This document shows, piece after piece, positions 12,830 through 25,344 of a stretch of DNA of 64,000 bases. Numbering within the stretch: the first letter of the stretch is position 1; each line of letters opens with the position of its first letter. This stretch comes from Dicyema japonicum (lineage: Eukaryota; Animalia; Dicyemida). A program made the translations under genes and the position numbers. Under the pieces are notes generated by a model that saw nothing but the letters and a program-made list of their open reading frames with translations, ran no database searches and had not been told where the DNA came from. The DNA lies in NCBI GenBank assembly GCA_011109175.1, contig RDEW01000061.1:186001-250000 (forward strand). Reading direction: 5' to 3'.

Positions 12830-15800
12830 AGCAAAAAAAATTAAAGAGGAAGTTAATTGGCCTCATGCCGCAAGTCCTGCAAAACGCTTGGACTCTTCTC
12901 TGCGCTCTCAGACCCTTATCATTTATTCTGTGCTGCAACATACGAGTCAATGATGGCATCTCTTTTCAGGTAGTTTTCTATCCTTTTTTCTGCTGATCTC
13001 TTATCAACATTACTAGCAAATTTTCATCTTCATCTAGCTTCTCGTCGAGTTTTGTGTAGGGAAATCTTGATCCCTGCTCTCCTCGATTTTTGAAGAAACA
13101 AGATAAAACGCTTTTTGTATGCAGTGTAATACCATCCTTCCATAAAAGAGTGATGGAATGATCGTACGTGAAAAATTAAATAAAAACATATCCGTTTCGA
13201 TTCTCAATTTCTTTATACACAATATCGCATGGTGGGCTTTCTTCCTTTTGAGTTTAAAATCGCACAATGTGCTCAAGATTTTTCAAAAGCTGTTCCGATA
13301 TACTTCAGGGAACTCACAATGTTGATTCCGCATACGGAGTCTTTCTGATTTCCTTTACCATTCCGACCGAGGAACATCATTTTTCTTCTGACATTTTTAA
13401 CCCATGAAGACCGCACCAGTCTTTTATCTCTCCATGTACACATTGAGTCTCCTCTCTGAGATCATACTCGATCTCGACACATCAGACAGTAGCACGTCGT
13501 ATGTGTACATCAGAGATCTCGTACTTGGTGTAGACGGAGACGGGAAACCGGCCATAGAACATTAAACAATATAGACTCAAAATTGATTTTTGTGGGACTC
13601 CTCTCTTCAATAATATCATATTTGAAAAATAGCGTCAGCATCTAATATAGGATTTTCTTCCTTTAGTACACTTTCACCCAATTCACTAGTTCCTTTGGGC
13701 TCCCCGTCCGAGATAACTGATCGATTATGGCTCTGTGGTTAACACTATCAAATGCTTTTGATATGTCGAGACATGACATTTAGGAGACATTTGGATTCTC
13801 TGGCTTCGCATAACTCGGAGTTGAGATAAAATAAGCAATCACCGCATGACCGTCTGGGCGAAAACCAAATTGATCATTCTGAAGTTCTTCTTTTCCAGCT
13901 GATTTGTAACCTCCAGAAGACAATTTTTTCCATAATTTATTGAAATTGACTGAATCAGGCTGATCGGGCGGTAGTTAGCAGGATCATTCTTCGGTATTCC
14001 TGTCTTTGCTACCATCCGTACAATAGTCTTCTTCCATTCGTGTGGAACATGACCAATTTTGATGCATGCGTTGAACATATCTTTGAGAACTTCGAATAAA
14101 ATTTCTGGGCCTTCTTGAACATCTTAGCTTTGATGAAATCACTGCCCGGAGCTTTATTCTTGACAGCTCTTATTGCTATCTTCAGCTTTCTAGAGAGATC
14201 TCTAAATGCTGTTTTTTCTACAGTGTTTCGTAACAAGTCTTTTCCGTGATGACATCATCTTCCACATCAAATATCTTTTTAAGCTGTGTCTCAAAAACTA
14301 GAGGTATTTCTTCTTCAGCATAGTAGGTGCCATCCGGTTTCTTGAGCACAATTTTGTTTGCGATTGACTCTGGGTTCCTCACTCTTCAGTATACCTTCCA
14401 GAAAGGGGGATTGTGTTTGTTTAGCTTCCGTAGTTGAGAGTTCCACTTATTCTCATTCCAACTTTTGAATTGTTCCGACAACTGCTTTAGTAGTTCGCCG
14501 ATTTTGTGAGACAAGGCTAAGCGGTCCTGGGGTCTACGCATCTCCTCAGTTTAGTCTTAGATTATTTCATTTTAACATAATCTTCTTGATGTGCCATGGA
14601 ATAGGGACAACATTTTCGTTTCTTGACTATATTTTTCTAGCAAAGTTATCCAGATATTTTAATATCAGATCCGTTACTCGTTTACTTGTTTTATCAATTT
14701 CCAGAAGTCTTGACTCAGTATGCCCTAACATCAATTCCTTTGCAATTAACTTCCTATAGTGATTCCAGTTTAGATTCTTGGTATCGTAACAGACAAAGAC
14801 TCCAGGTTAATTAATCATTTTCATGTGGTCACTGCTAATATCCGGAAAAGTAATTGGTACGTCGGCGTATTCTGAAATAGCAAGGGAAATCAAGAAGACA
14901 CCAAGCTTGTCACCCCCGTAGGGAGAAAAATGGTTATCCTCTTTCGATGTAAGGACTTTAACTCCTAGGTCTTTAGATAGTTCATCAGGAGCTTGCCATC
15001 CCTGTTACTCTTCTTGCAGCCAAAGGATATGCTCTTGGAGTTGAGATCACCTCCCAGTATGGCCATCGGGTTTTCGCTGAAGAACTGGGAGATATCTCCG
15101 GTACATTCCTCAAGGATTTGGAATACATACTGCCAATTGCGAGCCATCAGTCGACACAATGAACATCAATGGCGACAAAGTCTCACATAAATTGATGAAA
15201 CAATTCTGGGATTCCTTGTCTTTAGATGATACCGATAAAAAATTGATGTTCCAGTCCCTGGTATAGCCTCTTCTTTCCAGCATAAAGATATCGATTCGAA
15301 ACCCGGGAGTACTGTACTTTCATTTGACTTTATCTTCGTTTCGTTGACAAATATTATATCAGCTTCCTCGGATTCGCCAGGAAGCTAGCTCGTGATGCTT
15401 CCTCAGATTGATCGGGCACTCACGAGCATGATCCTTATGTTTTGGATCACTGGTCTTGGCGGCCTGATCTCTTCAGGACCAGAGCCACCACTTGCAGTAA
15501 ATCCATGTTTACCTTATCACACTCTTCGTTTAGACGGTTAATCACATATGTAAGTTTTCTCAATTGTCTTTCAGGTGCCCCCTGAATAGATTCCCAGCAG
15601 GACTTTTTAGCTTCTCCTCCAGGTATTCTTTATCCACAATTGGCTTTTTCTGTGTTAGATTCATTCATAATATCGTATTTTAAAGGTCGATTTTTGATTA
15701 TTGCGTCCTGTTTGTTTTTACTAGACTTGGTATCTGAAGGTAACGTGGCAGAGGAGGATTTTCTCTTCTCCTCCATGTTCCTGACCCATGACATTCGGTT

Positions 15801-16425
15801 CCTCTTCCTGTAGAGGCCACGGCTTCCGTGATCACCAGACTCGCAGTTGATACAGGATCTTCTATTGTTCGGTTCTGGGCATTCCGGAAACTATGTGGTC
15901 CTCCACAAAGAAACATCTCTTTGACCTATTGCAATGTCTTGCAATGTGTCCGAAATATTGACAATTAAAGCATCTTGGAATGTTCTTCTGGCCCACTCAC
16001 AATCGATTTCCATCCATCCAATGACAAGACCCAGGCGTATCAAGGACGTAGCTTCTGCCCTTGACTTTAAGCTCATCTTCCATCCCTTACACTACGTTTC
16101 ACTGACTCAGTGGTTAAAGCAATTTCTTTCATGTAAGCCATAAGTTTGTCTTCCTCAATCCATATTGGAACATTCTTTAGAACAATTTCCGAAAGCTCTC
16201 TTGGTTCGATCACCTTGTGGTTTCCCTTCCCGAAAAGAAAATAGATAAGTCTCTTCGAAATGAGATTTTATCTGACTCTTCATTGAACTCCAATCGGAAA
16301 ATCCCGGGCCTTTTTAGTCACTCTGGCGTTTTTCAGTGAATTCAATCCATACAACAGGTTGCAAGTTTAATACTCCCCATGCTCCTGTCTACAGCCGAGA
16401 GTTCACTGTCAACCAATTGTCTGTC
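12830..16425 (-). mobile_element. Degraded two-ORF LINE (gag-like ORF1 with CCHC knuckles, APE, RT, 3' end)
   Basis: ORF1 PRCFNCQYFGHIARHC plus further knuckles (~15800-15980); APE GGDLNSK; RT NYRPISL and KAPGSDFI. The 3' ~950 bp is closely duplicated at 25345-26310. Confidence 0.88.
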
Positions 16426-16495
16426 AAATGTAAAACTCGCTGAGACAATCTCTATTAAAATGTGAATATTATTTAGGCATTTTTACAAAAATCAA

Positions 16496-16612
16496 ATGTA
16501 CGATCATACTTAGCTGTAAGCACCCGTTCTCAGCCGACCACGGAAGTTAAGCGTTATAGGCTGTGTTAGTACTTGGCTGGGTGACCGCCTGGGAACTCAC
16601 TGTGTTGTACGA
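16496..16612 (+). rRNA. Dispersed 5S rRNA variant (possibly a pseudogene)
   Basis: Matches the array 5S with several substitutions, a 1-nt deletion and an altered terminator; flanks match the array spacer. Confidence 0.85.
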
Positions 16613-16621
16613 TTTTTATTA

Positions 16622-16795
16622 TTGGATGGAGATTGTAACCTAATTATTTTATTTCTAAGCCACAAGACGACTCTGAAAGAGAATTGAAGGCAATTGCAAA
16701 GTTGATAAATTCAGCATTTTTGAATACAGATATTGAAGCCTTTTGCACGTGGATGAACGACGATTCTGAGGTTTTTGATGTTATTTGTATTTTAG
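16622..16795 (+). pseudogene. Duplicated HSPBAP1 fragment (one exon plus both flanking introns) inserted downstream of the 5S
   Basis: About 175 bp, near-identical to 11784-11957. Confidence 0.92.
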
Positions 16796-16879
16796 ATCAT
16801 GCGAAGATTTTTCTGGATTTGATTATTCAAGTCCCCGGAGATGGTAGCATTGTTATTAGTTAGACATGAAGGCTCTATC

Positions 16880-17650
16880 ACAGATATACAACACATCGAT
16901 AATTAGAAACACAATTCCATAATTTAAATGTTGGCACACACTTTTTAACTTATTCTTGCACGATATTCCAATTGGACTTTTCCAACTTATTAAGAAGAAA
17001 ATTCGATAACCCTTGAGTATGCCGATGACATAATTTATGCTTGCAAGGATATATGGGATAAGACAGCTACGAACATATTGAAAACTACTCTAGAAAGACT
17101 TCATGAATGTTGAAAAGAAATTCAATGTCAACATCCACAGATAAGTCCTCGACCTCTCTTTTTACGTTGAATAGAATGCTATCAAGTTATTCCGCTGAAC
17201 TATTTTCGAATGGTGAACTATCCCACACAAGAAACAAACTAAGATTCTGGGAGTAACATTTGAGACCATCATGACCTTCCGCACAAATGTGTCAAACGTA
17301 ATCAGTGCTTCGACATGAAGCTTAACTTCGTGAGGGTGCTCGTCTCAAAATTTAAAGGATCCTCAAACCAGGCATTATCCACGTTGTACACCCAATTTAT
17401 CGAGCCAACTATAAATTATGGATGTGCAGCTTGGAAGTACAAAACTTGCCAAAACAAAGTCCAGTATGAAAACATTCTCTCGAATCACAACACTACCATA
17501 AGGACAACCCCATTTAAGGTCCTAATGAGGGAAAACTTCTAGAAGAACGGTACTATCGAAATGTGTCGATCGAAAATGTGTCAAGTTCGACAGCACCGGG
17601 AAAAGATGAGAATATTGATGATAGAAACCGGGATCACCTGATGGTGTTTT
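16880..17650 (+). mobile_element. LINE ORF2 3' remnant (same family as 328-2355)
   Basis: LEYADDII, YTQFIEPTINYGCAAW, terminal GAAACCGGGATCACCTGA. Confidence 0.8.
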
Positions 17651-17689
17651 CCTTTTAATTAGCGTTTACCTGGTGAATTTTGGCTTAAT

Positions 17690-18290
17690 AATAATCTCCA
17701 AAAATAATGCGATTTCTTGTCTCAAGAAATAAAATTGTTTAAGCACTTTGACACGATAACCAACGGACTGTTGTGTAGAATGGAACATTCGTGAACTGAT
17801 TATTCACGTCTTCCAACAGCTGACTGAGTTGGAACGTTCTGACCACATAGAACTCTCATAACCGATCTTTCAATTTGACGCCATTACAGAAATCCAGTGC
17901 TTTTCGCTTGTTTCTAATTCTAATGAAGGGAGGATAAGCGTGAATGTTCTCGACTATATAACAATCCTTTGTGGGGACAGCGTGTTTGATATAGATCCTG
18001 ATCAGCTCATTGCTGCAGTCGCTAATTGGACAGTACTCACAAGTTGCCGCAGTGACCGCAATCTAATTCTCATCCAATTGAATGAACACCCTTAGCTGAA
18101 AAATCCTCATACAATCGAATTCAAATTGTATCTGAAAAATGTAAATCGGAACAAATTCGGATGCTTTGTTGACAAATCTTTAATGGACTCGTCAAACCCA
18201 GAAATACAACAGATAAGTAGAACCATCAGCCGGGGTGTACAATAGGGATATTCGAATTTGAAACCATATTGATTTTGTCATGTACTTATG
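17690..18290 (-). mobile_element. hAT transposase remnant (SPIN/GTF2IRD2-like)
   Basis: LLEDVNNQFTNVPFYTTVRWLS, then after a frameshift KVLKQFYFLRQEIALF, matching the family motif YHTEVRWLSRGKVLKRF. Confidence 0.7.
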
Positions 18291-18299
18291 ACACTGCCC

Positions 18300-18605
18300 C
18301 ATCACTGGTGATTATTATTTATTAACCCCGGAAACCGAGAAAGAAGTTAAAGTAAACAACTAATTAAGTGTATCCAGTTTCCACTTCCACAGAAACAGAG
18401 TCCATCCGGAATCAACATGAAGAGTAAAAGACGTCCATACTTGTAGTTGTAAAAACCCCTCCAGTGGAGAGGGAAAGAGCAAATGATCCTTTTTCGGCCT
18501 GGCACTGAGCGCCACCTAGACAGGTGGATCACATGACGCCACTCTAATAGGAAGAGAAAGAGGAACAGACGAACAAACAGGAACTTCAACCAATTAGCCA
18601 ATGGT
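18300..18605 (-). mobile_element. LINE 3' remnant
   Basis: Homologous to 43380-43560 and 52020-52240. Confidence 0.65.
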
Positions 18606-19299
18606 GATTATGAGTCTTTAAATTTAATGAAATCTTTAATTTTTTATCAGTTTATTAAAATATTTAATATCTAACAAATCTAGATAATTTTCAAATTTTT
18701 TTAAAATTAAATAGTTATTAACCTCGTTGTTGTGTCGTTTTATGGAGAACGAAACAATATATACTCTTTTAAAGATAGTCCTTGGTGTAATTTTAGCACT
18801 AATATTTATTTTCTTGTTTCGCTACTTTTGGTTTTATTTGTATTAATTTAAAAGGAAACGATTTAAATTCCGCACACCAAAACCATTTGGAGTAGATTCT
18901 TCGTTCCAAAGACTCCCTAATGAAGTGGAGGAGATTTCTCTTTATGATATTTCACGTGATCATGTCGTTCCTTAATTAATTTTTTCTTTTTGTGTTAGTA
19001 AAATTTAATCAATATTTAATATATTCATGCCAACCTAATAAATTTAAACTAAATTAATGTTTATGGCCCTCTCCCAAATTAGCACCCCTCTCTCATGTGT
19101 TCTGCATCACCAGATTTTACTATCAGATCATTGCTCCAACCATCGAATATGCTTATTTCACCTGGAAGTCTTCCATACTTAAAAATTAAACATATCAACT
19201 CACCCTGGAGGAAAGTTATGCTTTTTTTCTCACAGGAAAGAGAAATTGGCACTCCCCTTTCAAATGAGTCTCTTAGAAACGATTATTACCCCAGGATCA

Positions 19300-20950
19300 C
19301 CTGGTTAAAAGGAAAAAGAGAAAGTTTCCAAATAACTAAGTGACCCAGACCGGCACAGGGAAGGTCCTATGTGACGTGGACGAGAATCCATAATGGCTCT
19401 CCAGAAAGGACATATCGTTATCTCGTATCTAGGGCAGTTTTTAAATATTTGTTGTTCATAGAGGGGGATGTTAAGCAGAATAGCTGCCCTAACCATCTTC
19501 TTTTGTCGCCCAATCAAAACTGCTTCCAGAGGGGCGGACATAAAGTCGCTGCCAATGACTCTTGGCAACTTCCTGGATTGCAGACAGTTTCAGGAGAGAG
19601 GAGCAGGAAATGCCCATTGACCACGACTCACTTGTAAGTCAATGCTGGTTGTACAAATTGCCGATAGACAGCGGAAAGGAGCCAAGCGTTTCTTTCGAGG
19701 GGTTTTTGGATTATTTTCAGGATCCTCATTCTCTTAAGTGGCACAGTCGTCCGATTTTAACATGTCTGCAATATGTAAAGAGGGTCATAAATTATTTACT
19801 AGGTGACACCTCCAGAAGTAGTCTTTCCAAACATTGGATTAAGGAATTGAGCATTCACTAAACCATTTGAGTGGTGACTCTTAGTCCCTTGCTGAAATGA
19901 CTATGTCGTCCGCATATGAAAGGAGGAGACAGTTTTCATCTGGGTTGTGCATGTTGTGTATATACAAATTAAACAGTGTTGGTGACCCCAGTTGAGAGAA
20001 AGCCTGTCTTTGATTTCACGTTGATGCAGATTACCTATCCACGACTACCGCTCAGAAAGTTAGAGAATCTTTTCAGGGCGGATATCGGTTTCAAATATCT
20101 TTTCGTTAGAGACTTTCTTGAGACTGAATCAAATGCTTTGGTAATGTCCAGAAAAAAGAGGTTTTTAAATGTGGTTTCAGCGCGTGAATCCTTCTGAAAT
20201 AAATTGGGAGAGAGTCGTAACGTGTGGTAGTTGAATGGTAGCACTGAACCAATGTTGAAATGCAGAATTGGGATGTCATCTCGAATACAAACGAGGACCA
20301 TCTTTTCAAGAATTCTTGAAACAGCGTATAGTATTGAAATTGGTTATATGATGATTCTTCTGCGGATTTACTGGCATTCCTAATTGGATTTATGTGAGAT
20401 CTCTTCCAAACTTTTGGGATACTATTCGCATTTATCGACGTATTAAATATTAGAGCTAAAATCTCTAGCGCCAGAGGGCCCAGATGCCTCAGTTCCATGG
20501 TGGATATGGAATCTCCGGAATTCCGCGTCCTATATATTGTCAGATGTATATCAGCTCTTGAGAATAAGATCCGGTCTGTGGAGGTTTCTGATTCAATTCT
20601 TTTCAAGTAAACACGGTGATCTTTAGATAAGCATAATAGTTAATTAACATGGATTTCTATAATATGTTGTGCAGTGGGAGTTTCCATAGATTCGATCGTA
20701 TTCCAGACTCTTATAATAGATGGGTTTGCAGAGAGATTTTAGGATAGTTTTGTCCACCGTTTTGTGCTCGTGTCTTTGATTTGTCTGTCTATTTTTCTGT
20801 TCAGCGAATCTATTTTGACAATGTCTTCATTTTTGAGATGATTCTTCTTCAAGAAGTTCCTTTCTTTGATTAGGAAAAACAATGATTCTGCTAAAATCCA
20901 AGAAGACAACTTGAAGGAAAAGTTATCCATGCTGAAAAACCCTGATCAGT
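19300..20950 (-). mobile_element. Degraded LINE RT and C-terminus
   Basis: LRHLGPLALEILALIFNTSI...IPKVWK, FFLDITKAFDSVS. Confidence 0.8.
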
Positions 20951-22702
20951 TTTAAAAAACACCACGATCGAGTTCTCTCCAGAAATTCCGGATGAAGGTA
21001 TGATCACTGACAAAACACTTAATAAGAGTCATGAAACCACTTAATTATGGACTCTGATGCATTCTAGGTGATCTAGAGGTTTCTTAAGTAAATAATGTTT
21101 ATGTACTGGCATAATATTGCTGATAAATTTCTACGTAGTTCGTTTTGACAAACCGCTTGCATCATCTTTGGACTAAAATTCCTTCTCCGTCTAAATTTTC
21201 AATTATTTTTTTTATTTCAGTGTAATTTTTGCAATAATATGAGCAGTTTCCATCCAACTCCCCGTCTTGTAAGAATAACTTTGGTTAGATACCTGATTTC
21301 AGCAAATTTTTCTTTTCGTATCTTGTTTTGACGGTTGTGGATAAAATTAAAAAATCCACATCCTTAAAATATTCTATTGTTTTAAGACAACAGTTGTGAA
21401 GAAGATAAAGAACGTAAGTTATGATGATTCAAATTCTTGTATAAATCATCAATACTTGTGCGGCAGCACCATGTATCTGGACACATTTGATATCAGTAAT
21501 AAAAAATTATCAATCTATCGAAAATCCCTTAGAACATTATCAATTTTCTGACAGAATATCCCCAGAGGATAATATGCGCTATGACATTAAAAATATTTTA
21601 TCACGTTAATAGTAAACAAACTAATTTGAGATGCTTTTTGACGATTGATGAGATTCAATAAAAATTGTTTTTTTCAGTTACAAATGTGCCTCATAAATTA
21701 CAAAAAACGATTTCCTTACAAAAAAGTTGCAAAAAACATAAATTACAAAAAAGTTGATTGAAAATTCATAAGGATATTTTCTAACACCAAAGTTAATATT
21801 TTCAATGTCATTTTTGATTGAACGTGGCATCACAGTAAGTAATGATAATTGACCGAACGCTAGTATTTTACTAAAAAACTCAAAAAATACAAATTATTTT
21901 ATTTAGTTAAAAGAGAGTAAATGGTCATATAGGGGCTGCCCTGACTGCGTGGCTATTCCCTCTCAGAATAACGATCGAGACTCAAAAATAAAAATCAATA
22001 ACATTTTTGACTTTATTGACCTAAAAATTGAATTTTGACTGTATAACTTTCGATTAATTTAATTTTTTAATTTAAAACTACATTTTAAAAAGTTTTAAAC
22101 AATTTTATAGAACATATGAATTTTGACTTAATTTACAAAAATCACCCTACTAATCATGTATTGAAATTTTAGTGTATCTTATCGGTTGTTAGCTTTTTGA
22201 TTGATGAAAAACACTAAAGAACTAACTTGAACACATAATAAAACTAAAGGATAAAAAATAATCATTCATTATCACTCTTTCATAAAAATGAGACGGATTC
22301 TAGAAAATGGTAGATTTGATAATTTTGTTATATAAAAATGTATTTTGATGTGAGATTCAAGAGATATACTATATTTTTGATTAGTTTTTGGCTCATCCAT
22401 ATCATTATGAATTTAGTTTTGCCTTGTGCATGGGGATACGGAAAAGTGCGAGGACGACATGGAAAGTAAATAATTAAATTTAGTTAAGCAAATATGGGAA
22501 ACTCTTATATTAATCACAGTAAAAGGCGCACACAGAAGGCCATGGAGAAGGTTAATCAGTCAGATCTACAAGATAGCAAAAGAGGAATATTTTTGAAAAA
22601 TAATAATACTCATTAAAATAACAAAAAATATTAAAAACACAAGTTACATGTCGAGAGACAATACTCAATACACACAAATATAATCAACTAACAATGATAC
22701 TT

Positions 22703-24355
22703 TCATTCAGACTCAGCAAACAACGTATGATGGTTTTTTAAATTGTAAGACTCTAAATTTGATAAATGACAATCCAATTCAAATGTTTTCATCAATTCCT
22801 GCGAAATAAGTATAAACATAAACTTTATCAAAGTAAAAAAGACGCAACTTTTTACAATCAATTTTCAAGAACTTGCCTACTAGTATCTTCAACATACTAA
22901 CTTTGAGTTTCGCTACAAAAGTCATTTTAAATATTTTACTAGAAAATTTCTTCGCTATCTGTATTCCAGATTGTCGATTTATGATATTCAAAGCTAAATC
23001 ACATAAATTAAAAATGATACTAATTAATCCATCTTCAGCTTCCTTACGATCTCATATTGAAGTTTTATATTATATTCTATTTATAAGTAAATAATTGAAT
23101 AAAAATTAGATGTAACCACAAACTTTGCGACTCCCGCCCTTTCATCTGGAGTTATTTCTACTTTATTGATTATTTTTAAAGATGGAATTTTTGAAATTAT
23201 TATTTTTCTTTTGTCGTCAAAAACTGAGCCAGAATCGCAAAATAGTTGACTGAGAACCGGCAATCGATTCAATTGATCGAACGATGATAACTACAAATGT
23301 TATTAACGACATACATCATCGATGGGACAGTCTTTTAAATAAATAATCTTTAAGGAAATAAAAAAGTTATTTTCATCTGAAGGAAATGTTATTGAATGAA
23401 TTGGGTTCGAAGATAAGTTAAGATAGTTTAACCTGTAAATTATAAAATATTAATTTAATAAAATAATATTAAAGTACCTGCTAAGAAATCTCAATTTATT
23501 TACGTGATCCCAGGAATTAATAAAATTATAGCTGAGATCAAGTGAGGTAATAGAGTCCATAAATGGTCCATGTGTAAGACTGGTTAGCATATTGTTAGCC
23601 AAACAGACTATTTCAAGTCCTTTCCAGAAACTCAAAGGAATAAAAATGTTTTCAATATGCGAACAATTCAGTATAAGTGTATTTAGGGATATTTTCTTTT
23701 TATTACTTTCCATCCACGTGATCCTGTTGTTGCTCAGATTAAGACTCTCCAAGCATTTAAATTGCGATGAGATATCGACAACATCATTTGAATTAGATAG
23801 CAAAGTCCCACACAAATCCAAATGTTTGACCTGACCAAGAAAATCGTTTACTTGCTCATTCAAAGATACACCAAGTCCATTAATGAGACAATTTAACAAA
23901 TTAATTGTGGTTGTAAAGTTCCTACAAGAATTAATTTAAGATAAGTATATTTAGAATATGTACCAAACCATAAAGTATGAGGTGGTTTCTTGATTCCTAA
24001 CAATTCAACAGGTTTCGAAAAATTGTGCTGATTATCCCAATCAGAAAAATATTTGGATTCAAGAGCTTCGAAGAAAGTCACCCCAAAATTTGCTTTATTG
24101 GCAGGTATAAATGAGCCACTATATTCCTTCCTATCTATATTTTAAGACTAGTACCTAGCTTTGAAGTAAACTGTCCACCAATAGATCCATTATTCTTACC
24201 TCTGGAAGGGTCATCCCAGTCAACACCAATCCAAATTCCTTTAATCGCTACTAAATTCTACCATCTTTATTTTCTAATTCTCCATAATACATAACAGTTC
24301 CTATCGAACCATTGAACTCTATTCGTTTGCCGCACTTTAGCAAATCACACGACAT
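22703..24355 (-). CDS. TBCE: Tubulin-specific chaperone E (CAP-Gly, LRR, ubiquitin-like), micro-introns
   Basis: GIWIGVDWDDPSRGKNNGS, SGSFIPANKANFG, LRR repeats, C-terminal UBL ...FELDCHLSNLESYNLKNHHTLF. Exon structure near 23000-23130 is unresolved; one apparent 1-nt deletion at ~24169. Confidence 0.9.
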
Positions 24356-24458
24356 TCAAATCTAAGTAAATATATATTTTTAATTTCATGAATTAATTTT
24401 TGATTTTACTTATAAAATTAAATAAAATAAATACCAAGAGTTTTTCGGCAATGCGATA

Positions 24459-24472
24459 GTTGTCAAGACAAC
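24459..24472 (-). promoter_or_regulatory. Candidate RFX X-box upstream of TBCE
   Basis: GTTGTCTTGACAAC on the minus strand fits RTHNYY-WT-RRNRAC, 104 bp upstream of the ATG. Confidence 0.4.
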
Positions 24473-24639
24473 TGAAGCGATAAGAGGGAAATTAATATTT
24501 TTCATCAAGAGGATGAGACGTCAGACCAGACTCAGAAGCCATAACGTCTGAGAAACTCAGTGGTTCCTCAAATGTAGAAGATACACAGATGCAGATAATT
24601 TTATTGCAAAAACAAATAGGACTTCATTTTTATCTTTTT

Positions 24640-25330
24640 TATCAATACCATTTCGAGTCCTGTCTCAAGCCCTTCGCGAAATTCACTTTTCTTCAAAGCT
24701 ATCTTTTGTCGAATATTTGAGAGAAAGGCATCCGTCATTTCTTCCATGATCCCAGATGTTTCCATCGCAATAGACACGAAATGGTAGTTTTCCCGGAGTA
24801 GTTCGTACTCGTAATCCCCTTGTCTTACGCATCTTCAGATGATTCTGTCGGCGGCAGCAACCTGTGGCGTCCCAAACGAGTAATTATCATATGGAAATAA
24901 TGACATCCCATCGCCTCAGTCCAATCCTAAAAGTTCCAGTTAAGCCGGAAACCCAGCGGCCCTTTTGAGCCAGTAGAACAACGTCATTGTGAGTTGTGTG
25001 ACGCGTAGCAGAAAACCTTGGGTGTCAATGTTCTTTCCACAATAGCAGTTGTGTCGCTGGCATACATTCAATCGGAGTCGCAGTGTTACTCCGATTCTCA
25101 GGAAATTCTCGTCAAAGAATTTTCAGAGAAACGAGGATGGTAGGGTTTCAAACTGACCCACATTTCTACGATGCGCGGCATGTAAGTTGGTATTGGTTAG
25201 CTCCTGTCTTCACACCTTCTAACGTCTTTGTACTTTCAATAGAGTCCCAACTTCCCTGCTAGCGATGTCGGGCGATAATTTCATGTCCATCTCCACCACA
25301 ACATACAAACTCAGTCGAACTCTGCACGCA
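24640..25330 (-). mobile_element. CRE-like non-LTR retrotransposon remnant
   Basis: FLRIGVTLRLRLNVCQRHNCYCGKNIDTQG, DGMSLFPY, VWDAT. Confidence 0.72.
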
Positions 25331-25344
25331 AGAGGGATTTAACT

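Noticed and set aside
12830-16500. LINE targeted ~70 bp upstream of a 5S gene (TRE5-like Pol III targeting)
   Set aside because: The head-to-head geometry fits, but the LINE's other flank (~12830) is not 5S spacer and there is no TSD, so this is not a simple insertion into a 5S unit.
21060-21700. Possible LRR-like gene fragment on the minus strand
   Set aside because: No consistent spliced frame could be built by hand.
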